A stretch of DNA of 64,000 nt from Carcharhinus longimanus (GCA_030264375.1 JASCQW010000081.1:88575191-88639190); one strand, 5' to 3'. Positions 24,903 to 38,920 are shown, counted from the stretch's first letter. The notes: generated by a model from the letters alone, not told the origin. Program-made: numbers and translations.

Positions 24903-25813
24903 TTAATCTAATAGCGATTTTGATCCTGTCCCGGGGAAAATGTGGCCTCTCCACCTGCACCACTCGCTACCTGGTCTCTATGGCAGCAGCGGATCTACTG
25001 GTCATTATCACTGCGGTGATACTGTATCGGATTGGTTCCTATTATTTTGCAGCATCTTTCCTGGAAATCACCCCCGTGTGTAGTATTACCTTCATTCTGC
25101 TTTATGCAGCTGCGGAATGTTCTGTCTGGTTCACGGTCATGTTCTCATTTGATCGATTTGTCGTCATTTGTTGTCAGAAGTTGAAGATAAAGTACTGCAC
25201 TGAGAAAACAGCAGCTGTGGTTCTAACAACAACTTGCATTCTGCTCTGTTTAAAAGATATTCCCATGTACTTTAGATTTGAACCTGGAGAGATAATTGAT
25301 AATGTTCCCTGGTTCTGTATTGAAAAGTCAAATTATTATACCGATCCTGCATGGGTGGCATATGGTTGGCTTGATAAAATCTTAAACCCATTGATGCCAT
25401 ATGTTTTAATTCTGTTGCTCAATGCTCTGACAGTCAGGTATATTCTGGTGACCAGTCAAGCCCGTAAGGCATTGAGGGGTCAGAACAAGGGAGAAAATGG
25501 CAGTGACCCAGAGATGGAGTGCAGAAGGAAATCTATGATCTTACTCTTCACCATATCTGGCAGCTTTATACTTTTATGGTTATTGTATGTTATACATTTC
25601 TTGTATTATATTATTATAGGAATTAACCATGTGTATTACAGTGATCTGATATACATCCTTGCAGATGTGGGAGTTATGCTTCTGAATTTAAATTGCTGTA
25701 CAAATGCATTTATTTATGGTGTAACTCAGCCCAAGTTTCGGGAACAGTTCAAGAGTGCGGTGAAGTATCCATTTACATCCATTATTCAACGACTTAATAA
25801 ACAAAACAATTAA
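24903..25813 (+). CDS. GPR139-like: GPR139-like class A GPCR gene A, exon 2 (end of TM1 to C-terminus); spliced protein 324 aa
   Basis: Acceptor TTTCTTTTGCAG at 24891-24902 and an uninterrupted frame to TAA. Motifs MAAADLL (TM2), CSVWFTVMFSFDRF (TM3), PWFC (ECL2), NPLMPY (TM5), RRKSMILLFTISGSF (TM6), LNCCTNAFIY (TM7) match the GPR139/GPR142 family pattern. Confidence 0.93.
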
Positions 25814-27819
25814 GAGCAGACAGAGGTGAGTTCAAGAGCTTATGTTTCATGAACGGAACATTTGTCAGTCAACATGATTCACTGAGGATATAAAAATGCC
25901 TGCAATGGTGGTGATGGGACTGGTCATGCTGAAGGGGTGGAGGTCAGTATTTGGATTGTGGGAGAAAGAGAGTTACAAGGTCTCTGATAGAACATGATTG
26001 TTCTATCAGAGCAGTGATAAGGCTGTAGGAAGTATCCCTTCCCTTTGGTGAGACCTTCCAGTCACAACAATGTAAATGGAGGGGGGGGGGGGGTTAAAAG
26101 AATCACATGGCTTGCTTTGTTCCACTTCCACTCAGCTACTCATACCTGCCCAGATAGAAACAATATTTGTTTAAAAGACTGGATGTTGCGAACTATTTTT
26201 TTACATGGATTATCCTGAGTAGTTGATATTTGGAGATATTTGATTTAGCCTATATTCCACCCTCACCCTACCTCACTGCACACTCTACACACTCTACCTG
26301 CTATCTCTATTTCTCTTGCTCCTTCCCAATCACTCCACTGGGGATGGAGCAGTGTGTTCCTGTCTGCATAAATCCTGCTAGTGGCCCACACATGAAGAGG
26401 AGAGCTTGAGTAAGATGGAGGGGTTGGTGCCATGGTATTCACCAACCATGGCATCACAGCTTAGTGGCTGATTAGTGGATAGGAATGAATCTCTCCCTGG
26501 TTTCAATGTCAGCTGGTATTTGATATTGTAGATGAGTTTATCTCCTCATGGTTTTTCCATCCTTCCTTGAAATCCATGAACATGCACCATAGCTGCTGCA
26601 GAGTCAATTTTGTGTGGAACAGCATCTTCAGGGGAGTGAATCCATATTTCCATTGTATGGTTCCATCTGCTGTAAATCTGTAACTTCCACCCACTTTGAC
26701 AGGCGAGATTTTAAGTATGTAAGATAAGTAGGGAGGATGAGTCGGTTGATTAGGGGCCATCAGGGAATGGGGGTGGTGGAGGCTAGTCAAACAATTTAGG
26801 GGGTTGTGTATTCAGGGATTTGGTAGTTAGAGAGGGCAGGGATGTGAGATTTTGTGGGAGTCAGATGGTCAGGGTCTCATGTAGAAGAGACAAAAACATG
26901 GTGTTGTCGGTGGGAATAGGAGTCACATTGTCACAGGGTTGGGAAGTGGGGAATCGTATCACTGTTGCTGTGAAGAATTGGAAGTGATAGTGATTCGTCT
27001 AACATTTCCTAGGTGACTATTCTGCTTCTAAAATCTGAACCACCTGAAGACTCTGATTCAAAATGGAGATTGAGATGGTCCCAGGTGTGGGCCAATTGAT
27101 GGTTGGGAGTTTAAAAGTAATGGGCGTTTCATGTGCCGCTCTTGGGTGTTGATCCAGAAGGAACTCTTCCAGTGCTGACAATAAAAATATATATGTAACA
27201 ATTCCCACTACAATTCTTTAAATCGAAGGAAAGGTTTAATGAAAAAATTTCATTACTCCTAACTTGAGGCCTCACACTGGGTCATTACAAGCAATTTTAC
27301 AATTTGCAACAGGTTCTTATTTATACTAAGTTAGCTAATCAGCTGAATGTAACATCATTCTGTCATTGGTTACATGGCTTACTGGGTCAGCTGACCCTTA
27401 CAGTTTGTTATCATATGTCACATTCCAACACGTATAATGTTACCACCGGTTACATTCTAACATTGGGGAAGTTGGGAAAGGGGGCATTCTGATCTCCAGC
27501 ACATGTTTTCGGGTATTGCAAGTGTATGACACTCCTGAAAATGCACTTTTGGAGCCATCCTGTTACTCAATGATGGGGTGGATACGCAAAGGATAAGAAT
27601 CTGTGCAAAGGATAAAAATGAATAATTTGCAATCATCTTCACCCCGATCTGCCTTATGGACATTCGATCTCGATCTCACCTTTGAAACTTCGGTGTTGTA
27701 TGTATGAGTCCTTGGCCAATTCAATTCACAGAAAGGATGTCAGCAAACATGCTGAATGTATTTGATAGAACAAAGCCTCTGTGTCCTGTTAAATCCCAGC
27801 AGTAGAAAGAAGACTGTTT

Positions 27820-28410
27820 CTCCTGAACAAACTGCACATCCCAGCCAAACTGTTCGACTGCAGCTACAATACTGCCAAACAACAGACCAGGTGGGAAATT
27901 GCCTAGGTATGTCCTGTGTATGGAAAGCAGGACAGATTGAATCTGATGAACTCATTGGCATGTTCTCTATCATCACAAATGTGATAGAAGGTGTCAAAAG
28001 CAGTCCTATCAGGCAGCATTTAGAAATGAACAGCTTAGTCAATGATGCACGCTAGGATGCTGCCAGAACCATTCAGGTTCTGACCTCATTACTGACCTCA
28101 TGTAGACAGAGACAAATTCCTCATTAATTGGAGAGCTGCAAGAGATTGCACTTGACGTCAAGGCAGCATTAAACTGAATAGGATATCAAGGAGCAGTAAC
28201 AGAACTGGAGTAATCGGAATCAGGGGGAAACCATCTGCTGGTTGGAGTCAGACCTGACACAATGAAAATGTTTGGAGACCAATCTTCTCACACCCACAAT
28301 ACTGTTCTGTGTGTTCATCTGATTAGTTTCCAAGACCCAACAATCTCTAACTGATTTGCAATAGAAGTGGGGATGTTCTTTGATAACTGCACAATATTAG
28401 GCACTGTTTG
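27820..28410 (+). mobile_element. Degraded LINE RT fragment (same family as 4777-7853)
   Basis: GATTGCACTTGACGTCAAGGCAGCA (ALDVKAA) and IEGVKSSPIRQHL, similar to VMEGVIDSAIKQHL. Confidence 0.6.
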
Positions 28411-29386
28411 NNNNNNNNNNNNNNNNNNNNNNNNNNNNNNNNNNNNNNNNNNNNNNNNNNNNNNNNNNNNNNNNNNNNNNNNNNNNNNNNNNNNNNNNNN
28501 NNNNNNNNNNNNNNNNNNNNNNNNNNNNNNNNNNNNNNNNNNNNNNNNNNNNNNNNNNNNNNNNNNNNNNNNNNNNNNNNNNNNNNNNNNNNNNNNNNNN
28601 NNNNNNNNNNNNNNNNNNNNNNNNNNNNNNNNNNNNNNNNNNNNNNNNNNNNNNNNNNNNNNNNNNNNNNNNNNNNNNNNNNNNNNNNNNNNNNNNNNNN
28701 NNNNNNNNNNNNNNNNNNNNNNNNNNNNNNNNNNNNNNNNNNNNNNNNNNNNNNNNNNNNNNNNNNNNNNNNNNNNNNNNNNNNNNNNNNNNNNNNNNNN
28801 NNNNNNNNNNNNNNNNNNNNNNNNNNNNNNNNNNNNNNNNNNNNNNNNNNNNNNNNNNNNNNNNNNNNNNNNNNNNNNNNNNNNNNNNNNNNNNNNNNNN
28901 NNNNNNNNNNNNNNNNNNNNNNNNNNNNNNNNNNNNNNNNNNNNNNNNNNNNNNNNNNNNNNNNNNNNNNNNNNNNNNNNNNNNNNNNNNNNNNNNNNNN
29001 NNNNNNNNNNNNNNNNNNNNNNNNNNNNNNNNNNNNNNNNNNNNNNNNNNNNNNNNNNNNNNNNNNNNNNNNNNNNNNNNNNNNNNNNNNNNNNNNNNNN
29101 NNNNNNNNNNNNNNNNNNNNNNNNNNNNNNNNNNNNNNNNNNNNNNNNNNNNNNNNNNNNNNNNNNNNNNNNNNNNNNNNNNNNNNNNNNNNNNNNNNNN
29201 NNNNNNNNNNNNNNNNNNNNNNNNNNNNNNNNNNNNNNNNNNNNNNNNNNNNNNNNNNNNNNNNNNNNNNNNNNNNNNNNNNNNNNNNNNNNNNNNNNNN
29301 NNNNNNNNNNNNNNNNNNNNNNNNNNNNNNNNNNNNNNNNNNNNNNNNNNNNNNNNNNNNNNNNNNNNNNNNNNNNNNNNNNNNNN

Positions 29387-29610
29387 TTGAATGGCGGGGC
29401 AGGCTCGAAGGGCCAGATGGCCTACTCCTGCTCCTATTTCTTATGTTCTTATGTTCAAAACAAGGTGGATATTTTGAAGCCACGAATAGAGATACATTGG
29501 TATGATTTAGCTGCCATTGCAGAGATCTGGTTACAGGTAAACCGGGTTAGGAAATGAACATTCAGGCATATTCGTCATTCAGCACGGATAGGTGGAGAGG
29601 TAACGGGCGA
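29387..29610 (+). mobile_element. CR1 3' tail followed by a CR1 endonuclease fragment
   Basis: GGGCCAGATGGCCTACTCCTGCTCC(TATGTTCT)n, then NKVDILKPRIEIHWYDLAAIAEIWLQ (APE-type 'TETWL'-like motif). Confidence 0.7.
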
Positions 29611-30469
29611 TGGGAGTTTTGCCAAAGAATCAAGGTCGAATAGCAAGAGCTTTCTTAAGAGTAGCACATATTGGATGTCAAAACTGATTGTGACCATCAT
29701 TCGCTCACTCACAGGATGTATGGAGGAAACCATTGAGGCCTCCTGCCAGAATGCTCAGTCGTTCTTTTGACCGCTGAAAGACAAACGAGAAATGTGGATC
29801 TCCAGCTACAAATGAAGAAGATATTGGTTCTACTCTGTTGGATCAATGATCCAAAGTGAATCATTTCAGATTTCCAGGTGGATTTAGTTGAAATGACCAA
29901 AATTGATCCAAATCAGTGATGAGTGTTCAGGGCAGATTTGAGATTAATATATTTCTGATCCTTGGATTTCTCCTATCCTGCCCCAATATATTCGATATCA
30001 GTCAGATAAGGGGTCCTAATCTGAACCATGGCAGGTAACACCAGGCAATGCCAATCAGACCCTGAAATGGGAGCAGCGTTGTTTTGTGATGCCTATGTTG
30101 AAGGATGAGTGCTGGATGTGGAAGGTATTTGGAAATTTTACAATGAACAACAGAAATATATGTCAGAATAAGACATTGTGATCATCGTAGGGTGAATATT
30201 TGAGTAACCCCAGCGTACAATGTCCAGTCACAAACTATTGGCAGCTTCTTTGCAGCCCTGCAGTCTTCCCAAGACATTCAATTCCACTACTTCAAATATT
30301 TATCTGACACTCCAATAAAATAGACCATGCCCTTTGCCTTAACTTTGCCTCTGTAACAAAGCATACATGAGAGTCTATGGGGATAATAGTTGTGAACTAT
30401 TAGTTGAAAAAAATAAGCTAAAGGATGTAGACCTGGGATTAAGAAATAGATGGGACAAAGGGGGATGTC

Positions 30470-33400
30470 AGAGCAGGATTTCAGTAACTCCGCTCACTCC
30501 TTTGCTGTATCTGCACTCCCACTGATTTGCGATCAGAATTCGCTNNNNNNNNNNNNNNNNNNNNNNNNNNNNNNNNNNNNNNNNNNNNNNNNNNNNNNNN
30601 NNNNNNNNNNNNNNNNNNNNNNNNNNNNNNNNNNNNNNNNNNNNGTATGTAGCTTGATACAAAATAAAACCCTCTCTGTCATCCTGACAGTCACTGGCAG
30701 ATCGGAGCATGCATTGGCACAGTGGCATTGTCACTGCACAATTAATCAGGAGACTTCTTGCAATAGTCTGGTAAAGCCGGGTTTGAATCCTACTGTGCCG
30801 TATGGTGCATTGGAAATTTGCTATCACAATATGGAGATAAACATTTAATGGTAGCCATGAATCAATCGATGGTCAAAAAAATCCAACTGGGTCATGACTG
30901 CCATTCAGGGAAGGAAATCTGCCATCTCATTTGGTCTGGCTGACATATAACTCTAGACCCAAAGCAATGAAATTGATTCTTAACCAATTTGTGAGTACAA
31001 TTAATTGGCTTGTCCTTGTCACATTTTTTTGGAATGTTACAGGTGCCAGTTTATAAAGACAACTTCAAGTCAAAAGATAGCTTTTGGAGTTAGACAACTT
31101 CTCCAACACATTATACACTTTCTGTCTCAAAAGCTTTAACCATCCATCAGCAGGATTTGGCCAACTCCCTGCCCATAATACTTCAAGTCTGAGCCCTGAG
31201 CTCTCAAGGCTGTGGACAATCTAAGAAGCTTATTGTTCACTTGATCACACCTTCACTTTCAGACTCTGCCCCTGTTGAGTTATTCATCCTAACTCAAAAC
31301 TACACTCCACACCAAGCAGTGCTCTCAATAAGAAGGTTCCAAGCAACATGAGGGTGAGTCTTCCGCTGTGTTGTCATGGGTTGTCTCATCCAGTGTCAAG
31401 GCATCAATTTGATCAGAGTGTTTGGCAGACAAGCTTGACTTTATTTGGGCAATGGCTGAATACACTGTGACACACTGAGCAAGAATCTGTAAACAGATTG
31501 CTATGTGATTGCAACAGAGAACAGGGTTCAACAACAAACTGCTGTGATGGGATTGACACACGTCTCCCTACCCCTTGTTCCTGCAGAAGGATGATCCCAA
31601 TATTCCAATATGTTTCTGAAACTAAGATTGTCATTCTTAGGTTTGGAACACTGTAGAGCTAGAGCCTCCAGATCATCAACGGTGCTGAATAGCAGAGATC
31701 AGGAAGCAGTTAATCAGGAGCAAGTAAGCCAATGCTTGCAGTCCAGGGCCAGATCTAATTCCAACTCTCCCATGTGTGCTGAGACCAAGCCATTTCATCA
31801 AGTGATTGTTTGAGACCTGGTTGATTAACCAGTTCTTTAAGCTTTGACATGTACACAATGGCAGCAGGCGCTTGGCTAAATCCACAAGTACATGGGACTT
31901 GATCATGGGGCCACTGAACAGTGGTAATTACTGGCAACATTAAGACCAGCCGCAGCAGTATGAAATGAAGTCAGTGGCATTGAGGAGTTATATAGCTTGA
32001 CAGAGCAGAGCGATAGCAGAAATCCTAGGAAGCATGTCAGATGTTCAACAAAGGAGACCAAAGGAGATCATTGGCTTGGGCTCAGTAATCCCCATTAGCC
32101 AGACTGTGCGATTAAGACTATCTATGGGGCTGCTTTCAAAGATCTTCCGTGGGAATAATTTAAATTTTCGTTTGATTTGATTTGATTTATTATTGTCACA
32201 TATATTAACGAACAATATTGTTTCTTGCGCGCTATACAGACAAAACATACTGTTCATAGAGAAGGAAATAACAGAGTGCAGAATGTAGTGTTGCATTCAT
32301 AGCTAGGGTGTAGAGAAAGATCAACTTAATGCAAGGTAAGTCCATTCAAAAGTCTGACACCAGCAGGGAAAAGACTGTTCTTGAGTCAGTTGGTACGTGA
32401 TCTTAGAATTTTGTATCTTTTTCCCAAAGGAAGAAGGTGGAAGGGAGCATGCCCAACGTATGTGGGATCCTTAAAAATGCTGGCTGCTTTGCTGAAGCTT
32501 CGGGAAGAGTAGACAGAGTCAATGGATGGGAGGCTGGTTTGCATAATGGATTGGGCTACATTCATGACATTTTGTGGTTTCTTGCAGTCTTGGGCAGAGC
32601 AGGAGCCATACCAAGCTATGAGACAATCAGAAATAAAGCTGTCTATAGTGCATTTGTAAAAGTTGGTGAGAGTTGAGGCTGACATGCCACATTTGCTTCG
32701 GCTTCTGAGAAAGTGGAGGCGTTGGTGGGCTTTCTTAACTATAGTGTTAGTATGGAGGGACCAGGACAGGTGATCTGGACACTAAAAAAACTTGAAGCTC
32801 TTGACAGTTTCTACTTTGTCCCCATTGATGTAAACGGGGGCATGTTCTCCTTTACGCTTCCTGAAGTCAATGGCAATTGCCTTCATTTTGTTGACATTGA
32901 GAGAGAGATTATTGTTGCCACACCAGTTCACCAGATTTTCTATCTCATTTAGTGTACTCTGTCTCATCATTGTTTGAGATCCAACCCAACACAGTGGTGT
33001 CATCAACAAACTTGAAAATCGAATTGGAGGGGAATTTGCCACAAGTCATAGGTCTACAAAGACTATAGTAGGGGGCTGTGAACACAGCCTTGTAGGGCAC
33101 TGGTATTGAGAACAATCATGGAGGAAGTGTTGTTGCCTTACTGATTGTGGTTTGTGAGTTAGGAAGTTCAGGATCCAGTCACAGAGGGAGGTGCTGAGGC
33201 CCAGACCATCGAGTTTGGAGATGAGTTTTGTGGCAATAATAGTGTTGACGGCTGAGCTGCAGTCAATAAATAGGATTCTGATACAGATGTCCTTGTTACC
33301 TAAGTGTTTCAGGGTTGAGTGCAGGACGTCTGCTATAGACCTGTCGCAGCAGTAGGCAAACTGTAATGGATCAGGTAGTCCAGGAGGCTGGAATTGATTT

Positions 33401-33800
33401 GTGCCATGATCAACCTTTCGAAGCATTTCATTATGATGGATGTCACAGCCATTGGCCGATTGGCATTAAGGCACACTGCTTGGTCTTTTTCAGGCACTGG
33501 GATGATGTTCATTGTCTTGAAGCAGAGAGGGGCCTCAGATTGTTCTAAAGAGAGGATGAAGATATCTGTGAAACCTCTGCCAGCTGATCTGCGCAGGATC
33601 TGAATGTTCATTCAGGTACTCAATCTGGTCCAGTTGCTTGCTAAATTCATCCAAACTGCAAATATTAATGAGTTTTTATACAGGTCACATTGTTCGTTAG
33701 AATGTTAACAATATATCAAACAAGTTATATATTTATTTCTATTCATTCAAGGGATAGTGGCATCGATGGCTGAACAAACATTTACTCTCCATCCCTAATT
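30470..33800. repeat. Segmental duplication block, paralogous to about 41020-42860
   Basis: Shared runs such as CTCAAAACTACACTCCACAC and GAGACCTGGTTGATTAACCAGTTCTTTAAGCT in collinear order. Confidence 0.85.
32167..33641 (-). mobile_element. Rex1/Babar-like LINE, 5'-truncated, with TAAATT target-site duplication
   Basis: RT pieces PLCFKTMNIIPVPEK...[23 protein letters not shown] and [16 protein letters not shown]. (TTTGA)n tail. TAAATT at 32161-32166 and 33642-33647, with an empty site in the paralog at about 42690. Confidence 0.9.
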
Positions 33801-34689
33801 GCTCCTAAATTGCATTTTTTAAAAATGTATTTGGTGAATTTGTGGATCTGGAACTCCTGCCTGCTTTGATTATATCATTCCTTATCTCCCTGTTAATAAT
33901 TATAATTTCCCAAAGTTGCTGATATGTTCATTCATTATTTACCAATTTGCTTCTGCTCATTAGAAATTATTCTCTTTTCTCTCTCTCTCTCTTGTGCACT
34001 GATTTATTTTTGTTCCAGAGTATTTGAGTATAGGAGTAAGTATGCCTTTCCACACTTGCATGGCACATTGTTGATGTTGAACCTGGATCATTTTGTACGG
34101 TTTCTCTCCCTTTACCAAAGGATCGGTACATTCACCATAGAAGGAGTTTATTTTTTCATTCATGGGGTGTAGTTTTCTCTGCTTGGGCCAACATTTATTG
34201 CCCATCCTAAATAGCCGGTAGACGGCATGCTATTTCAGAGGGCATATTAAAGTCAAGATTCAACTGTGGCACTGGAGTCACATGAAATTCCATTCCTTAA
34301 AGGGTATGAGTGAATCTGTGGCACTGTGGGTCAATCCACAGCATGTGGGCAGCAGTGTTTCAAGAAGGAAGCTCACCACCACCTTTTCAAGGCAAACTAG
34401 CAACAGCATTAAATGTTGTCCAGCTATATCCCACCAATGAATAAAAAAAAAGAATCAGATCAGGTTTCATAGGAATTGATAATGCTTTCATAATGCCAGG
34501 AATGGAATTTTACTGCCCTGCCCAACATAGGAATCGAAGCTGGTGAGGAGTGGACAATAAGAATGTCTGTTGACCTCAGGTATGATTTTGTGGTTTCGGG
34601 ACAAGAGAGGCCATAAAATCCCACTCCAGTCATTTGTTGACACATTGAATCTCTGAAACATAAATTCCATTCTTTGTCCTCTCTTACAG

Positions 34690-35572
34690 TTAATTTACAT
34701 GCAATATTAATCCTGTGAAGCAAGTGCGAACTGTCCGCCTTCACCTCTCATTAACTGGTGTCCATGGCGACATGTTGTTCATTATCAGTTCAGTCTTACT
34801 GTGTCAGAACAGTCCTTATTATTTCCCTGTATCTTCCCTAGAAATCACTTCTGTATGCTGTGTTACCTTTGTACTGCTTTATGCAACCACAGTGTGTTCT
34901 GTCTGGTTCACAATTGTTTTTTCTTTGATCAATTTGTGGCCATTTGTTGCCAGAAGCTCAATATAAAATATTGCACCGAGAAAATTGCAGCTGTGGTTCT
35001 TGCAGCAACTGGCATTCTGCTCTGTTTAAAGAATGTTCCCTTTCTACATTAGATTGGAACCTGGAAAGATAATCAATAATGTCCCCTGGTTTTGTAAGGA
35101 AAAACCAAGCCATTATACTGATCCAGATTGGTGATATTTGACTGGTTTGATAAGGATTTAAACCCATTGCTCCCAATTTTGTTGGTTAATGTTCTGACGG
35201 TCATATACATTTAGTGACCAATCATGTCCGTAAGCGACTTAGGGGGTCAGAGCAAGGGAGATAATCACAGTGACCTAGAGATGGAGAACAGAATGAACTC
35301 TATGATTTTACTCTTCACCATATCCAGCAGCTTCATACTTCTTTGGCGTTCACCTATTACAAATTACTTGTATAATTACAGGAATGAGCTCTGAATCTTA
35401 TAATGATTCCTTATATACCTTGGCAGAAGTTTCAGGAATACTGGTGAATTTAAGTTGCTGTATAAACACACTCAGTGACTCAATCCAAATTCAGAAAACA
35501 GTTAAAACATGCAGTGGAATATCCAATTGCATCACTTAATTAATTGTATTAATTAATAAAGAAAATAACTGA
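34690..35572 (+). pseudogene. GPR139-like: GPR139-like pseudogene B (exon 2 only)
   Basis: Acceptor CTCTTACAG|TTAAT and collinear with gene A exon 2 (LEITSVCC, FDQFVAICCQKLNIKYCTEK, NVPWFC). Early TGA at about 34716, several frameshifts, DRF changed to DQF and the FIYG of TM7 deleted. Confidence 0.92.
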
Positions 35573-38500
35573 AACCGACCCGGTGAAGGGCCAGTGTTTC
35601 TGCTTCATACATATAATATTGATCTCCAAATTTTCACCAACTGAAATTGCCAAGACGCTAAAAATACCCCAGTAGCAATAGACATGAGGGGAAGTGTGGA
35701 GGGGAAAGAGCAGTGTTAGTGATCATCAGAGTTCTTAAGGGCAGGAGACGGCAATGGTAGCCACCATCTATCCTTCATCTCTGCCAGGTCAACTCTCATC
35801 TCATCACATCCGATCAGAAAGCAGAATACATCTTTGGAAAAGACAAATCCACCAAATGCTCACATTTTCCTGTGTCAATAAACTACTGGCTGAAATCTTA
35901 ACTGTGAGCCAGTCGGTGAGATTTTCTGTTCCCACCATGGACAATGGGCATGTGTGTGTCTCTTCATAATTTCAGACCCTGTCCTCACCCGTGACGGACA
36001 CTAAAAATCCACCATCAAGTAGATAGAGAGATTTAAGCAGGGAGTTCCAGAGATTGGGGCCACAAGGCTAAACCGACCAATTGTCAGAGGGGATTGAAGA
36101 AAATTGCTTTTTACTTGCAGAGCCTTTCAAAATTGCAGATCATCCTAAATTGGTTTATGTTGGAATTTATGGCACAGAAATGGACCTTTCAACTTGGCAC
36201 GTCTCTGAAGGAGGTGATGTTGCAAATGTCCTCCCACCCCTCTTCATCTCAGCATATCTGTCAGCATATCTTCTTATTCCTTTCTCTCTCATCAGATTAT
36301 TGAACTTCCCCTTGAATAAAGATGAGATTTTGGAATCCAGCTCCCTTCCCGGTAGAAAATTGTATCTTTTCATGCACACATGAAGTTCTCAAAAAACATC
36401 AAAGAGGCATTGACCAGATCAGCTGAACGTTTGCTTGAGGTGTTATTAATTGAGGTGAGTTATCAGCCGGGATACCAGGAAGGAATTCGCTCAGATTTGT
36501 TCCAAATTGTGTCCACCTTATATTCCCCCTCTAGGTTCTTCCTCCATTAGTCCATCTCTGACCTTCTCTCACTCTCGTGTTCTCTCTCTCTCTGCCCCCA
36601 TTCTCTGTGTAGCGTTCATTGACTCTTTCAAGTTCACTTCAGAGTTCAGACAAGATCGCAGTTCATTTCTCAAGTATAGCTATCAACAACAAGCACAAGG
36701 TGCTATAACGTACCTGAATAATTATTGAACATGTTTCAACACTGAGACAGGAAATAAGATACTAGTGCAGTGACGGTGATTAAATGCTTACTCAAAGTGG
36801 TTAGTTAGGATCAATATCCTGAATTGGGGAAGAGATGTGGCGGCGTATAATGTGAACATTGATAACATGACAGCTGAGGCAACTGAAGACATGGTCACCA
36901 CTGGTGGAGGGATTAAAAACAAGATGAACAAAAAAATCACAACTGGCGAAACTCTGCGGTCAGGAGAGGCGCTTGGACTGGAGGAAGGTACGGAGATAGG
37001 GAGGAATGCATCCGGAGGAAGTTACACAGATGGAAAGGGTGTGGTACTGGAATTTGGTGCAAATCTCCGCTAATCTACAGAATCCCCATGCCCCCTCACT
37101 TAGCATTATGGACCACCACCAGTAATCTTGTTGCTATTGACAGTACTTGCCCAAACATTACTATCCAAGGAAGGCAAGTTGTTCCGGGTGTGTGATTCTT
37201 GCTTTTGATGTTACTGAGCAAATGTGCAAGAGGTGTATGTACAAACCCCAAATGAACTGGAATTGTTTGCTATTGGTGGGAGATCAGTGGCGCAGTGGTG
37301 ATTACTATGTTTCACTGTGCGAGGGTTCAATGCTCTTTCGCGAGTCAGTGCGGCATTGATGGACCGAATGACCAGCCTCGTCATCCATTTGTCCGGACTT
37401 TATATTCCTCAGGCACGTTACCCGCCCTTCGACAAATTCACTTTTGGCAGTGTTCATTTCCATTTCAGCTGGCTGTAGTTCTGGTAACAGGCCTTCCAGT
37501 TGCTGCAAGTGGTCTTTCCAAGTGTCATTGTATATCAATATCATCCGAGTAAGTCATACGGTGAAGACACACCGGCTACCACATGGTTCATTGTAAACTG
37601 AAAATCTGTTTCGAGTGTTTAGTTATTTTTACGTGAAAGGTATCATTGGGTATTGGAAAAAACCGCCTGGTGTGACAAAGGCTGAATTATTTTTTATCTC
37701 TGGCTGTTAAAGTAATATATCAATTTCCCTAAAGCAAGTTTATTTTAGCAAGATTCCAAAACAAAACAGGATGTGCTGGAAAATCTAAGCGGGTCTGACA
37801 ACACTTGTGGAGAGAAAATACAACCAGTGCTTTGACTCTGGGTGACACCTCCTCAGAGCTGTTACCTTTGTCAATGCAAACTTCCAAGTCAGGAATTAGT
37901 TTGGAATCTATCTGTCTTTGTCAGTGCTTTGACGCGTCGGTAACCAATCCAGGATCTGGCCAAACCATCTTGTTTTAGCACGAACACAACTGGGGAAATC
38001 CAACTGCTCTGGCTGGATTCAATGAGGTGATATTCCAACATCCACTGAAGCTGTGCTTTCACCTCAGTCTTTTTCTTTGGATTCATACAATAAGGGTACT
38101 GTTTTACAGGACAGGATCCACATCACGTGCAGCTAACATCCTAGATTATCACTGTATACTCATTGTGATTCTGTGAGAGACCTTGTTAGGTGTTTATGTT
38201 TTCCACATTGATCCAATCTCCCTAATATTCAGTATGAGCTAACCGGATTTCTGCCTCATCCTCACTATCTCCTTTGCCCTCTGCTTACCCTCCTCCCCCA
38301 CACTGATATTGCATCATTAGATTGAGTGGCATTGCCAAAACTTCTCTCTTCGATCTGGGGTTTCAATCAACTAATGGCCTGCCAAACCCAGCCCTGACAC
38401 AGTGGATTCATTTACACCACGGAGTCATAGGGTTTTACAGCACAGAATGAGACTGTCGCCCTTTCATGGCTGCGTTGGCCATCAAGCAGCATCCCATTTT

Positions 38501-38824
38501 CGAGCACTTCGTCCGTGACCTTGCATGGTGTTTCAAGTAATTATCTAAGTGTTGCTTAAATGTTGTGACGGTTCCTTCCACTACCACCCTTACTTCCAAT
38601 TTCTCACCATCTTCTTGGTAAAAAAAGTATTTCTTGAAATCTGTTCCCAGTTTCCTGCCCCTCAACTTATATCAATGCCCTCTGGTTATTGAACCTGCTA
38701 CTAAGGGCAATGCACTGCACGGAATGCAGTGGTTCATGAAGGCAGCACACCACTACTTTCTTCAGTTCAGTTAGGATGGGCAATATACACTGGCCTAGAA
38801 TATATTTTTTAGAATTTGTTTGAC

Positions 38825-38920
38825 TACTTTATATGGATCACTGCTTTATATGGATCATTTATATGGACCACTACTTTATATGGACCATTTATATGGACCA
38901 CTATATTTGGACCATTTCTA
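38825..38920. repeat. Short tandem repeat (TTTATATGGACCA)n
   Basis: About 6 diverged 13-19-bp units. Confidence 0.8.

Noticed and set aside
24920-25813. Single-exon gene starting at the TTG given in the ORF track (and the internal ATG at 46167 for gene C)
   Set aside because: TM1 would be missing. Canonical acceptors and matching upstream exon 1s explain the true starts.
28347-29557. Very long ORFs in the track (also near 10.4, 16.1 and 17.6 kb)
   Set aside because: They span N gaps translated as X.
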